From assembly GCA_964016885.1 (NCBI GenBank), contig OZ024744.1:83266001-83330000 (forward strand): 64,000 bases of DNA, written 5' to 3'. The stretch comes from Eledone cirrhosa. Its lineage: Eukaryota. A program made the translations under genes and the position numbers. Position 1 is the stretch's first letter. Every line of letters starts with the position of its first letter. The notes under the pieces are model-generated. The model had not been told where the DNA came from and made no database searches. It was given only the letters and a program-made list of their open reading frames with translations. Shown here piece by piece: positions 43,705 to 58,350 of the stretch.

Positions 43705-45102
43705 AATTTAGACATGGCCTCGGCTGATACTGGCCGAAACCTATGAAAGTTACATACACATACACCTATATATATATATCAAATACATAACACATATATA
43801 TATGTTTAACTATGTGAGTGTATGTGTATGTGAATGTCTGTCTATATGTATGTTTACATGTTTGTATGTATGTATGTATGCATGCATGCATGCATGTATG
43901 TATGTATGTATTTATACGTGTATGCATGTATCTATATGTAAAGCTAGAATGCAACATATTTTCTCGTCTTCTAAACTCTTCTCGGTAAATTGTTCAATCT
44001 GATTTGCATAACAGTACATGTTTTGAGAATTTGGATTAATCATTTAGTTCGTGATATCTGGGGATAATTTAAAATATGTAAGGTACCCTTGCTTTCTTTT
44101 ATAAACATAGACGTGCACCTGAGTATAATAGAAAATTTCAGGATTCTGCTGATAAGCTCTATCGGCAACAACAAAGGAAAATATCAGTTAGATAAATTCA
44201 ACTACCTTGATGAGTAGAACATTTGAATTTTTAGAACTTCTGTCTACAAAAATTAATAAAATATAGGAGATGTTAGGCATGATCAGGCTTTACGGCAGAA
44301 AAAACGTATTGTTTGTATTATAAACATTTCTCGCAATGTAAACACCAGTTTATTTGTTTTTAGTTAGTAGCAGGAATGTTTGCATAGAGTGAAATAAAGA
44401 TTATTAGAGGAAAATAATACAAATAACTCAGTAATGTGTAAATATTAACAACTACAAGACCATAACATGCATACCGCTATACCAAAAATGGTAGACCAAA
44501 AATTCGTAAAAACAGTGAGATTCACATCAACTTGGTCAGACAATATGAACATATATCTATTTGATGCCATTAGTTTTAGAATGTTGGGAAGCCGCAGAAA
44601 TTTTATTAACATAAATAAAGTTTAATTGTACAAGAATTTTTGCATTCGAGGAATTGAAGATTTCCCATACATGTAAGAAAATTAGGAATATGACGCATAC
44701 GTTTATCTAATGTGTGTAGAAACATATATTAAGTAAAATGTATATATATATATGCACACACACACACATACACACATATATATGTGTGTGTGAGTGTGTG
44801 TGTAAGCTTGTGTGTATGTGAGTATGTGTTTGTGTATGTGGGTGTGTGTCTATGTGTATGTATATATATGTGTCGGTAATCATATGTATGTATATGTACA
44901 TACATAACAATGAGTTGCTACGTCACTGGTGCGAAGTTGTGCTGACCATTGCATTTCCCTTAGACAAAATCAGTGGCATGGAGAGGGGTGACCGGTATAC
45001 TTGGGCGACTGTTGGTCTTCCACAAACAAACTTGCCTGGATTCGTGACACGGTGGGGAACTTTCTAGGTTCAAATCTCATTGTCATTCGGAACCCAAGAG
45101 AT

Positions 45103-45163
<61 letters not shown>

Positions 45164-45231
45164 TAAAATAACAGATTAGAATTTAAGCAAAGAATCGCTG
45201 CTTTCACCCTTAACGGGATCTTCTGATCTCA

Positions 45232-45262
<31 letters not shown>

Positions 45263-45265
45263 CAT

Positions 45266-45693
45266 ACATAGCGAGAGACTTAAGTCTTAGTAACCAGATT
45301 TTGCTTATATTTTTTTCTCTCTCAGTACCTTTTACAGTTTTACCTTTCATTGTTCTACTTACCGTTTCGACCTCCTCCCCCTCCCCCTCCCCAGTATCCT
45401 CTTTGACCTCACACCCAGCTGTAGCTGGCACTACCAACGCATGAATGGGTCTACTCCACCCTCTCTCCCCTTTTCTCCTACTGGCAGGTTTAGCTACCCC
45501 TTCCCCCACCAACTTGCCATCACAGATTTACTACTAACTTGTGATGTGACCAATCCTGGTGATTATCTCTTTGACCATATATGGAATTACCCCTTGATAA
45601 GTTCGGCTATTTAAATACCAGAATTAATTTTTCATTCAGTACAGAATTAGCCGTCGAAACGGCTTGAGCTCAGCCGTCGGGGTCTTACTTGTT

Positions 45694-45697
<4 letters not shown>
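45266..45697 (+). mobile_element. Longest family A copy (non-foldback) with a complete HHR
   Basis: About 320 bp of pyrimidine-rich leader, then the HHR, ending CTTGTTCCTAT(AT)n. Confidence 0.75.
45589..45683 (+). ncRNA. Hammerhead variant with U3-A8 core and large stem II loop (family A)
   Basis: ACCCC-TTGATAA-G.CGGCTA...TAGCCG.C-GAAA-CGGCT..AGCCG-TC-GGGGT; GUC triplet 45676-45678. Confidence 0.8.
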
Positions 45698-45740
<43 letters not shown>

Positions 45741-46050
45741 GTGTGTGTGCGTTTATATATATATATATTTACATATATTTATAATTAAAAAAAATGTTCG
45801 CTCTACATGGCTGAATGCAACAAATGTAATCTGAGTTTTTCGAATATTAATAAATAATATTCGGTTCGTATGCAATTATCCAAAGAAGCGTCATTTTAAA
45901 GCCATGTCAGTAGAATAAGCCCCTCATTCTTGCTCTTCTGTTGGCATGTAAAGAGAACTGCAGACACGAATGTTTCTGGCTATTACCCTTCACCAGTACA
46001 GTTCACTGTTCACCTGCCAATTGTCAGAGCTAGTGAAAAGCTCAGATTAC

Positions 46051-46113
<63 letters not shown>

Positions 46114-46313
46114 TAAGTATGTATACGCACATATATATATGTATACAGACATACAGTAGTATATATACGTACATGCACACACATATATATGTACGTATGG
46201 ATTCACCGAACATTTATTATAATGCTCGGTTTGTTTGTAACCAAACATCCCGAATTAAGCCGTACAGTGTCTAGCAACCATCGTTGCTCATTTGCTCAAC
46301 ACTGACAAAGGAA

Positions 46314-46354
46314 CACTGTACTAGTTTCAAGCTTATTAGCTATCGTCAGCAACG
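46314..46354 (-). ncRNA. Type I hammerhead ribozyme motif (family H)
   Basis: Reverse complement CGTTG-CTGACGA-TAGCT.AATA.AGCTT-GAAA-CTAG-TA-CAGTG. Confidence 0.85.
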
Positions 46355-46479
46355 TATACCTTCCTGCCAGATGGTTGAACGTCTGAAAGTATATACTTTC
46401 CTTATGCATATTAACGGCTGAGCAGCCTAATTTGCATATCGAGTGAATTAATCGGCCCGGGTACCGAATATGATAAACG

Positions 46480-46570
46480 GAAAAAATGAAAAAATGAAAA
46501 AATGAAAAAATGAAAAAATGAAAAAATGAAAAAATGAAAAAATGAAAAAATGAAAAAATGAAAAAATGAA
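46480..46570. repeat. (GAAAAAAT)n 8-mer tandem repeat, about 11 units
   Basis: Read directly; lies in one arm of a small foldback of the family H 3' end. Confidence 0.95.
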
Positions 46571-46594
46571 ACGAAATTTCGTGTCATTTTTTCC

Positions 46595-46630
<36 letters not shown>

Positions 46631-47331
46631 CGCAAATATATTACGCATATATATAACGCAAAACACGGGGTTTTGCAGCAGCTGATACATTAATATGAAT
46701 AAACACAAGGAATAACCTATATGTTTAGATATGGAATCATACCCATATCTGAACACACACACACACACAAACATACACTAAAAAAAATACCAGCAATAAA
46801 TGCAATATATGACTTCATTTATATATCTATTCATACATAAATATAGGCACACACATATTACGCATATATATGAATTTATCGACACAGGTAAGAAACTCTT
46901 GCAGTGTTAAATGTATGTGCATGTGTGAGAAAGAAAGTAAAATAGGGCGAAACGAAGAATGAGTTGAAGGTAAAGAAGTAAATGTAGGCAAGAAATATAA
47001 AGAGATTGATGGAGAATGACCATTTGTATTTTAGAATACAAAATTATAATATACAATGTTGTCAATTCCTTGAAACATAAACATATTTTAGAATACTCAT
47101 CCTCCATTAGAACTTTCAGACGTTCTGTATCCCCTGTGTTTCATCTGCATTGGGTTCCTACTAGGGCTAATTTTCACTTAGATTATATAGATATTTGTAT
47201 GTGTTTCTGTATGTATCTATTTACGTGCGCATGTGGTCACATTGATATAAATACAATATAAATATTTCCAATGTTTTGCTAGAAATTATTTATAAATTTT
47301 AAAGGAAATATTTCGTTTATATGTATCGTTT

Positions 47332-47398
<67 letters not shown>

Positions 47399-47453
47399 GA
47401 TACATACATACACACATACATACACACACACAAACACACATATATATATATAT

Positions 47454-47673
47454 ATTAAAATAACAGATTAAAGTTTAAGCAAAGAATCGCAGCTTTCACC
47501 CTTAACGGGATCTTCTGAAACTTTTAGTTTCAGAAGATCCCGTTAAGGGTGAAAGCAGCGATTCTTTGCTTAAACTTTAATCTGTTATTTTAATAAATAT
47601 TTGCACTAGGGTTCTTATATATCCTTATCGAGCCCTCTTTGGATTTTAGACTTCACATTTATTATTATTACTA
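47454..47673 (+). mobile_element. Family B foldback mini-element
   Basis: Centre TTCTGAAACTTTTAGTTTCAGAA; HHR-like motif in both arms. Confidence 0.85.
47526..47576 (+). ncRNA. Hammerhead-like motif with CAGAAGA core (family B)
   Basis: AGTTT-CAGAAGA-TCCC.GTTAA.GGGT-GAAA-GCAG..TTGC-TT-AAACT; identical at 48598-48648. Confidence 0.65.
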
Positions 47674-47727
47674 TATATAAAAAAACAAATATATATATAT
47701 ATATGTGTGTGTGTCTGTGTTTGTATA

Positions 47728-47802
<75 letters not shown>

Positions 47803-47806
<4 letters not shown>

Positions 47807-47998
47807 TTAATATAGATGAGATTCTACAGGATTAGAACTGTTTCATTCATTAGAAATCATCAGGGATTCCTGATGATTTCTAATGAATGAAACAGTTCTA
47901 GTCCTGTAGAATCTCATCTATATTAAAACTTTTATACTCTGCTATGTATTGAGTACCTTACTTACTGTGGTTACCTCCGATTCAACCAGGAATAACGT
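47803..47998 (+). mobile_element. Family D foldback mini-element
   Basis: Arms 47803-47864 and 47869-47930 plus tail, in (TA)n. Confidence 0.85.
47864..47914 (+). ncRNA. Type I hammerhead ribozyme motif (family D)
   Basis: GGATTC-CTGATGA-TTTC.TAAT.GAAT-GAAA-CAG..CTG-TA-GAATCT. Confidence 0.85.
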
Positions 47999-48258
47999 AT
48001 ATATATATATATATATATATATACACAAACACAAACACATAGAGCACGTACCTGCACATAGGTACACAAGTAACGTATTTATTTCTCGGCACATAATCAC
48101 TTAATATTCCTGTTATTTAACTAAATCTTATTTTAAATTTACTTTGTGACCTACCCTGAAAGTATGCTGTATGTAGCATAAACATCCAGGAGATTGCACA
48201 ATATTTCGGATAAGAAAAGTCTAAAACATTCGCTATTTCACAGGCGTTATATATATAT

Positions 48259-48375
<117 letters not shown>

Positions 48376-48446
48376 TATATATATAGGTGTGTGTATGTAT
48401 ATATATATAAATGTGTATATATATATAAATATACGTATTTATACGT

Positions 48447-48488
<42 letters not shown>

Positions 48489-48597
48489 ATAATAATAAAA
48501 TTGAAGACTAAAATCCAAAGAGGGCTCGATAAGGAAAATATATATCAAATATATAAGAACCGTAGAGCAAATATTTATTAATATTTATTAATAGGTT

Positions 48598-48648
48598 AGT
48601 TTCAGAAGATCCCGTTAAGGGTGAAAGCAGCGATTCTTTGCTTAAACT
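48598..48648 (+). ncRNA. Hammerhead-like motif with CAGAAGA core (family B)
   Basis: As 47526, with stem I extended past a bulge (AATAGGTTA pairing with TAATCTGTT). Confidence 0.65.
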
Positions 48649-48673
48649 TTAATCTGTTATTTTAATAAATATA

Positions 48674-48857
<184 letters not shown>

Positions 48858-49048
48858 TATATGTACGTATGTATATTTATAAATACAAATATACTGACGC
48901 ACACACACATATGTACATGCGTGTATGCCGTACCTACTTTCCTTATATAAGTATTGTATATCTAAAGCTAAAAACTCAACAAATATGTTTGTGGTTAAAG
49001 ATTCATAGCTTCTTTTGGTATAGTTTCACCCCTGAGCGTACACATTGT

Positions 49049-49142
49049 TTATATGAATTAGATATATATATAACCAATATATTATATGAATTAGATATAT
49101 ATAACCAATATATTATATGAATTAGATATATATAACCAATAT
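49049..49142. repeat. ~31-bp tandem repeat, 3 units
   Basis: Unit TTATATGAATTAGATATATATAACCAATATA. Confidence 0.95.
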
Positions 49143-49246
49143 TACCGCTTTAGAATTAAGGATGAATAATACTCAATATAGTCTATCGAATATATTAAGT
49201 AAACATTGTTTAATATGAGAACAGTAATATTATTAAGAATAACAAG

Positions 49247-49430
49247 GGCGGTAGATTGGCAGTATCTGTAGAGAGTCGGACGCCATGCTTTCCAGCATAG
49301 TTACGTCCCTTTGCGGTCTGAGTTCAAATCCCGCCGAGGTTGACTTTGCCTTTCATCCTTACGGGGTTGATAAAATAAAGTACCAGTAATGTACTGGTTA
49401 ATTGATGGCCTTGTGCCTAAAGTAGAAACA
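49247..49430 (+). mobile_element. Nin/Deu SINE, full length, with an 18-bp TSD
   Basis: TSD ATTATTAAGAATAACAAG at 49229-49246 and 49431-49448; A and B boxes present. Confidence 0.92.
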
Positions 49431-49551
49431 ATTATTAAGAATAACAAGTGTATCACTATACACACTTAAATATATATATTCTTTTATACTCTTTTACCCT
49501 TTTACTTGTTCCATCCATCCGGCTGAGGTCATGCCGGGGCACCGCCCTTGG

Positions 49552-49591
<40 letters not shown>

Positions 49592-50372
49592 TGTGTGTGT
49601 ATGTATGTATGTCTGTCTGTATAGATATATTATATTCAATAAATATTTTCATAAATCGTGATTATTATATACATTGCGTACAATATCTTTAAAAAAATTT
49701 CTAATTTTTTAATCCTTCGTTTTATGATCCCATACATCTACAGCTAGTTTCCCTGAGAGAAAAAATGATTTACATTCCATAGCATCAACATAATCGTTAT
49801 CTACATACTAGAAAAATATATATTATTAAAGGTTTTGAGGAAACTCTATATCTGTATCGTCTATCAACCAATACCTTCGTCCGTGAATCTCTCTATATTG
49901 ATCTATAGATAATTGTCTGTCCATTCCAATTCTCCATCTTTCTATCTGTCTCTTTGTCAACTTATATACACGACAACTTTTTTTTTAGTTTGTGCATGTG
50001 TTGGTCAGTATGAAAATAGGTATTTTAAATTATATGAATCTGCTTTCACTTTTGAAAAAAGACGAGTTGGCACGCGTTATAATAAACGATACCCTTTCAA
50101 CATGACACGATAAGGGATGGAACACGGGCAATTTTAAAGCAAACTAACTGTTTTAACACTGTACTAATGTATATATGTGGGATGGTGGTCCTGCGTGAAT
50201 ATATATCATTTTATCATTTTACTAGTTTAAATGATACTGAAGTACCGACTTGATTACTCGATCGCAAAATTCTGCAACTTATTTTATTAATTCTATTTTT
50301 CCATAGAATCGGTAATTTTTTGAAAATAAATATAATTAGAGACACGGACATGCTTGCCCCGCCCCATATATA

Positions 50373-50485
<113 letters not shown>

Positions 50486-50698
50486 CAATGTTTTGCGCTG
50501 AATTCGGTCCGCCAAATTAATTCCTCGAGGGAAAAGTCAACCTGAGTTCTAGAATCTGTCCACAAGAAGGTAGTTGCTAATGACATCCCTAAACATATAC
50601 CTTCTCCCACATATGAATAACACACACCCACGCACCCATAACCGCACACACACGCACACACACATACGCACACGCACACACACACGTGTATATATATG

Positions 50699-50740
<42 letters not shown>

Positions 50741-51400
50741 TGGCTGCCAACTCGTTTTCGAGTACGGCCACTACTTTATACCCATGTAGGAGAACCCCTA
50801 CCGATGCGCTGAACGACTGTGACTTTTTAGTCCAGCCAGCGACTTGAAAACTCTGGTACAAACACTACACTTGTGACAATTATTGACACATAGTGCTGGG
50901 CCCATGGTACCATGTGAGAACAAGTGCAGAGAGATCTCCAGATATAAAGCAATGCCTGTGCCGTGAAGCTTTTATAGTGAGCAAAGGCACTGCACAAAGC
51001 CAGTCCCACTCTCTTAACCAAGATAATATTAACCAAAAAGAAGAACAAGTCAACATCATTGGATACCATCAGGGTTGCAGGTGTTATATCAGAGTTTTCC
51101 TTCTCCTAGAATTCTGCCTTGACAAAGGCTAAGGGGTCATCTCTCCCGGTGATTTTGGATGGCCATTGACTCTTAAGAGCTCATTTGCCCTTTGACAGGT
51201 TTTTTTTTTTAGTCTTGCAGGATGTCCAAAGAAACCTTGGTGGGGTTGCCAGTTTAGTCGCCAACGACCCGACCATGGGACAGGTTGTACTGGGATACAT
51301 GTTATCAGTAGCACAAACTGGTGACCTGACATAATATATATATATATATATATACACATTACTTTCCTATATATGTATATTTATAGCTATATATATACAC

Positions 51401-51432
<32 letters not shown>

Positions 51433-51837
51433 GCATGTCATCGTATATTTTGATTTACAAAGATGCTAACAAGTAATTATATGAAGATATTCAAGCATAC
51501 ACATAGAGAAGACGAGTAGATAAAATAAAAAAAAGAGTGACATTTCTGTATGTAATACTTCAACAATTGTTTATAAGTAATACATTATTAGATAAAACGT
51601 ATGAAGTTCATATAAAATATTTTGTTATGTATATAATCAAAAGACTATATATAAATATATGTGTTTGTGTGTGTATCTCTCTATCTATATATATATGTAT
51701 GTATATATGTTTATATATATATATGTATACATACCTATCTCTCTCTCTATCTATATATATACATATATATATATATATATGTGTGTGTATATATTTCAAG
51801 AAATCACACACACACACACATATATTAATATATAATA

Positions 51838-51875
<38 letters not shown>

Positions 51876-51943
51876 CTCTCAAGAGCGTGAAACTAATAAA
51901 CCTTTGTTTGTATTGCCTCTCTGTTTTGTTCCCGTTCCATTTT

Positions 51944-51997
<54 letters not shown>

Positions 51998-52078
51998 CCA
52001 AATTTGGACACGGGGAAAACGAAACCCGTGGGATGAAGTATATATGTGTCTGTGAGATTCACGTGAAACAAATTTAAA

Positions 52079-52126
<48 letters not shown>

Positions 52127-52275
52127 CTTACTTTATGTAAATATTTTTGATTCACATACTTCCTGAATTAGAAATAAGGATGAATGTTCTTATTCAGTAG
52201 AGAATATATTTAATATGTTACGTTTTTGCTATAACGCACAGACACTCATAAACACACAGACACACACACAGACAT

Positions 52276-52430
52276 ATGTATGCATGTATGTATGTATGTA
52301 TGTATGTATGTATGTATGTATGTATGTATGTATGTATGTATGTATGTATGTATGTATGTATGTATGTATGTATGTATGTATGTGTGTATGTATGTATGTA
52401 TGTATGTATGTACGTATCTATGTATGTATG
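52276..52430. repeat. (TATG)n microsatellite
   Basis: Read directly. Confidence 0.98.
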
Positions 52431-52506
52431 TATATATATACATATATATATATATATATAAATATATATATAACATATACATATATATATATATATACTC
52501 ATATAC

Positions 52507-52539
<33 letters not shown>

Positions 52540-52550
52540 AATATATATAC

Positions 52551-52583
<33 letters not shown>

Positions 52584-52584
52584 C

Positions 52585-52618
<34 letters not shown>

Positions 52619-52681
52619 TCTATACATTCATATATATATATATATATATATATATGCGTGTGTGTATATAAATATATACAT

Positions 52682-52722
<41 letters not shown>

Positions 52723-53107
52723 TACGTATATATTTATATGTGTATATATATATATATATGTGTGTATATATATATGTGCACACACATCTGCATCGGCGAT
52801 GCAGATGAGTGTGCGTGTATATATGTATATATACATACAATCGAAAGATAATTCCGTTTGTTTTATACCATTGAATAGCAAGCCTAATCTTACAAATTGT
52901 TTTTTTTTGTTACGGGCTTAATGTTAATTGTAAAGATACAGAATAGAACAGGGAGTGGGTCATGAGCTATGAATCTACATGTGTATATATATGTATAAAA
53001 CTAAATATGATTGGGGTGGTGTATAAACATGGTTTAAATAAATTTTTGATTCATAAAATTTAAATTTTTGGGATTTCAAACTTATTGATGCAGCCGCAGT
53101 CACGAAA

Positions 53108-53147
<40 letters not shown>

Positions 53148-53228
53148 ATAATAATTTTGAAATCCAAAAAATTCAAATATATATACGTATATATATATAT
53201 ATGCACGTATATATATATATATATGCAC

Positions 53229-53309
<81 letters not shown>

Positions 53310-53386
53310 TGTATATATATAGATATGTATATATTTATATATTATATTATGTATATATATATACACGTATATGTTTATATATACAC

Positions 53387-53444
<58 letters not shown>

Positions 53445-53481
53445 CATATATACGTATATATATTTATATATATATACATAT

Positions 53482-53521
<40 letters not shown>

Positions 53522-53652
53522 TACATATCTCCACGTATATATCTATATATATTATATGTATATATATATATACATATATATAAATACACACACACACACA
53601 CACACACATATATACATATGTATATATATATACATATATATATACATATATA

Positions 53653-53741
<89 letters not shown>

Positions 53742-53807
53742 TATATACATATATATATACATATATGTGTGTGTGTGTGTTTGTGTGTGTATTTATATTT
53801 ATATATA

Positions 53808-53886
<79 letters not shown>

Positions 53887-54136
53887 TGATTCTGTGTAAT
53901 GATTAAGTGAAAACAAATTATTGATTTTTAGGAAAAAAATGGTTTAAAAGATATGAATACTTATCGGATATTCAGGTGGGAGTTGAGGATTTCTACTGAA
54001 TACAGGATTTGAGAATAAATCGAAGATATTTGCATAGGAGGCTCTATAATAATTTTTATTTTCAATTTTAACCGCTAAGATTATATTGTATTTCATACAT
54101 AAATTTTTGCATTCATGCTATACAACTCCAACTACA

Positions 54137-54178
<42 letters not shown>

Positions 54179-54300
54179 AATGTATGCTTATATGTATGCA
54201 TATCTATATATGTATGCATATATATATATATGCATGTATATGTATATATATATATTTGTATGTACACATACACACATACAGAGGCATGCTCACACACACA

Positions 54301-54354
<54 letters not shown>

Positions 54355-54355
54355 G

Positions 54356-54404
<49 letters not shown>

Positions 54405-54559
54405 GTAGTTGTCCAAGCGCAAATGGACATAATTGTAATAGACGTCTTCATTCCAGATTTCAAAATTCCCCAGATCTGCATCTGTCAAACATTATTTGTT
54501 CTTATATATGTATATGTATGCATATATGCTTAAGCGTATTTGCGGAGGTGTATATAGCA

Positions 54560-54607
<48 letters not shown>

Positions 54608-55136
54608 ATATATATATACATATTTATATACATGTGTGTGCATAGCGAAAAACTTACTATAGGGAGCAATTAATCATATACATAAACACGCAAATGTTTA
54701 TGCATAAATACGTATAGTATAATTTTTTTGTATATATTATTATATAATTCCAGCGCCGAATTACTCATAAAATATCCAACACCAACAGTAACATCTTCTG
54801 TTCACCTTAATTCCAAAGACACATTTTATAAATTTAAATTCAGACAACATTTTTTGTAAAAAAAAAAATCATAGTATAGGACAGTCCGGACTCACATAAA
54901 TAGAATGGCAATTCATAGCCTACAATTATGAGATGGCACCACAAGATAGGTGCCACTTTGCGGGCATTTAAACTTATGGGCAACAAATTATTCACCCACA
55001 ATACCACAGGTATAAAGAATATATATGTATTGAAAAATACAAACAACGGCTAAGAAAACTATAAAGGGAAGACGTTGCAAAAGACTAACACCTTCCGACA
55101 AACACAGGTGACACTTTTGTTAATTTTACTAATAGA

Positions 55137-55260
55137 ACTTTAGCTTCGCCGTTCATCCTTAGTGTGTCGATAAAATAACATACCAGTAACGTACTGTAGT
55201 CGTTTTAATAGAGTTTTCCCTTTCCCGAAAATAGTTGGCCTTGTGCCTTAACCAGAAACA
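55137..55260 (+). mobile_element. Nin/Deu SINE 3' part, diverged
   Basis: TTCATCCTTAGTGTGTCGATAAAATAACATACCAG...GGCCTTGTGCC..AGAAACA(ATT)n. Confidence 0.75.
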
Positions 55261-55280
55261 ATTATTATTATTATTATTAT

Positions 55281-55402
55281 TGTTCTTTGAGTCTCAGTCA
55301 TTGATGTTAGTTAACTGGAAAGTTTGTTGAGATGAATATCAAGCCACTACCTGCAGCCTCAGATATTCAGGACGTATCGGAGGGTTCTTGCTGTTCCCAG
55401 CA

Positions 55403-55403
<1 letters not shown>
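55281..55403 (-). mobile_element. Dong/R4-clade non-LTR retrotransposon extreme 3' fragment in (TAA)n
   Basis: Reverse complement translates LLGTARTLRYVLNI* (55403-55359), resembling the typical R4/Dong ORF C-terminus; flanked on both sides by (TAA)n. Confidence 0.7.
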
Positions 55404-55456
<53 letters not shown>

Positions 55457-55953
55457 TACTTGTTTTCACGTAACCCTTCATATTTCGGCTTAATAGAAAA
55501 AAGATACTCATTTTAAACGGACAGAAGGGGCCAAATCGTCACACACACACACACACAAACATATATATATATACATATATATCAAATTGCTGTGCATTTG
55601 ATTTTGGGGATATTGGCCACGTCCTCTGAAATAAAATGCTATAGACTTGACCAATTAAAACACTAAAATAGAGATGAATTCCTTTGGGGATTATTACTTA
55701 CAACGTTCACTGAAGCATGTCACTCTCAAATTCTGGTGCAAACACTGCAACAAAATTTTATTCCTTATGAGGTAATCATCCACGACCAATCAAGGTGTAT
55801 TTTAAACACAACAGATGCGAAAGAAATACATTACGGCATATCCAAATATCTATCATATACATTTCACTGAAACCTTTGAAAATCATAAAACTGTGAAACT
55901 GGTTGTTGTCTTTAAAGATTCCAAATGCATGTAAATCTTCTTTTTCAAACACA

Positions 55954-56046
<93 letters not shown>

Positions 56047-56574
56047 ATACATACACACACACACACACAAACGTACACACATACACACAGACACACAGAC
56101 ACATATATATATATACATATATATATATATATTTAAATATATATATGTGTGTGTATGTGTATAGATATATGTATATATATATACATATATCTATATATAC
56201 ACACAAAAGTATAAACAGGATTATTTTACAGGTTTACCAGCTTTCGTGCGCATGCATGCTTTACCATTGTAGACGGCAAACATTTTAAAAAGCCACTGAA
56301 TGCATATATAAGAATTTCTTTCTTTATACCAAATAAATATTTCTCGCAAAATTCTCGAATATCTAACTTTTTGTTTCTACATTTCAATGCTATGGTAAAC
56401 GGGAATTGAAATCCGTCTACGGGTTATTTGTTAGTCCACCATCCGTTTTGTCGAGGGGTGTTACAATTGTTTGATCCAAGGTAGGACTTGCTCCTGAATT
56501 TACTTTCAGGTGGATGCGCATTTAGCAAGGCACAATGTGTAATATGACTGTCCGTTTACATTACAGGTACATGT

Positions 56575-56697
56575 CCTTTATACCAGATGAGTGGACTACC
56601 GTAACGGGGAATAAAATGCCTATTCCAAGGACACAACATCCCGCCATGAATCTTATACGTTTGAGAAAGAACGTCCTAACCAATAAGCTATGAGTCT
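56575..56697 (-). mobile_element. Diverged tRNA-SINE of another family
   Basis: GAGTGGACT..GGAATAAAATGCCTATTCCAAGGACACAAC..CCTAACCAATAAGCTA resembles an antisense CORE/Meta-type SINE head. Confidence 0.45.
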
Positions 56698-56975
56698 TTA
56701 CGACAATAGTATATATATATATACATAGATAAGCATGTACATACATTCACGTACACAGATATGTGGTTGTGCATCAGTGTATATGTCTGTATAGTTATAT
56801 ATTTGTTAACATGTATGTATATATGCATGTAAAGAAACACAAACAAATACATGCGTGTATATTTCCACGCATTATATACATAACAAATAACTGGACTAAC
56901 GTAACGGGTAAAATGTATATATATATATAAATATAAATATATACATTTTCCCCGATCGTTATATATATACATACA

Positions 56976-57023
<48 letters not shown>

Positions 57024-57058
57024 AATATTCATATATATATAGATTCCCCAGTTATCTG

Positions 57059-57099
<41 letters not shown>

Positions 57100-57246
57100 T
57101 ATACTTAAAAAAGGAAAAGAATGACTTCACTAGTACTTCTAAACAATTTGATTTAATTTTATAATATGATTTGGTAGATGTAGTAAGTTCTTTGTTAACT
57201 TCGATGGGAAGATTTTTAAAGAACCTGGATAACTTTCTCTTAATAT

Positions 57247-57318
<72 letters not shown>

Positions 57319-57376
57319 TTATATAAATATATACATATATATATAATATGGGTATATATATTATATATATATACCC

Positions 57377-57407
<31 letters not shown>

Positions 57408-57991
57408 CGACCAGGTTTTACATTTCCGCTGTTTCATTCACATTAGCCCTGTTTAATTTGTAGATATTTTCTTTTTCTTTTATGTTTCTTCATAATAAAT
57501 ATATATTTAATTTTTACGGGATTTTGATGTTTCTACTTTAATATCTTTTCCTGCTTTTGTTAATAAGCTTATTTGCATTGAGTTAAACATTTCAAGATCA
57601 AAACTAACATTGAGTGTATACAACATATTTCGAATAATATAAATATCGCACTCAGAAACATGGACTACGTTTAGTCAACGGTTGTTAAATTTTATATAAC
57701 TCTGTTGCTAAACAGTTAAAATATTAAATATTAAAAAAAATATCAAGAAAATATTTTTAAAATATTTTTATTACATAGAATGTTGCTCTATAAAATCACA
57801 TGTTATACGCTTAGACATAAATATATAATAACAAAAACACAAATACGTACATATATCCTTAGATATATAAATATACACTGTACAAGAGTGCAATACAATT
57901 ACTCTGATATATATATATATATATGCTCTACGGGTTTATATATATAATCCTTATCGAGCACTCTTCGGATATTAGTCTTCAAATTTCTTAC

Positions 57992-58049
<58 letters not shown>

Positions 58050-58146
58050 AAATGAAGTAATTCCGTCGGAAAGGTACAGGAAAAAAAGTGGTCTATGTAG
58101 GCTACAGAGCTTATTAGTTATGTAATAAACAACATAAGACAATTAT

Positions 58147-58207
58147 TTCATTTACCAGTGGTTTCTTGAAAGCAGATATTGTATCTGTTTTCAGTCGTCA
58201 GAATGAA
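58147..58207 (-). ncRNA. Type I hammerhead ribozyme motif (mirror copy)
   Basis: Exact reverse complement of 58260-58320. Confidence 0.85.
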
Positions 58208-58259
58208 TAAAAAACATGCTGTTTTTATAACATTTTTAATAAAAACACGATGTTTTTTA

Positions 58260-58320
58260 TTCATTCTGACGACTGAAAACAGATACAATATCTGCTTTCA
58301 AGAAACCACTGGTAAATGAA
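58260..58320 (+). ncRNA. Type I hammerhead ribozyme motif
   Basis: TTCATT-CTGACGA-CTGAAA.CAGATA..TATCTG.TTTCAA-GAAA-CCA.C.TGG-TA-AATGAA. Confidence 0.85.
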
Positions 58321-58350
58321 ATAATTATCTTATGTTGTTTATTACATAAC

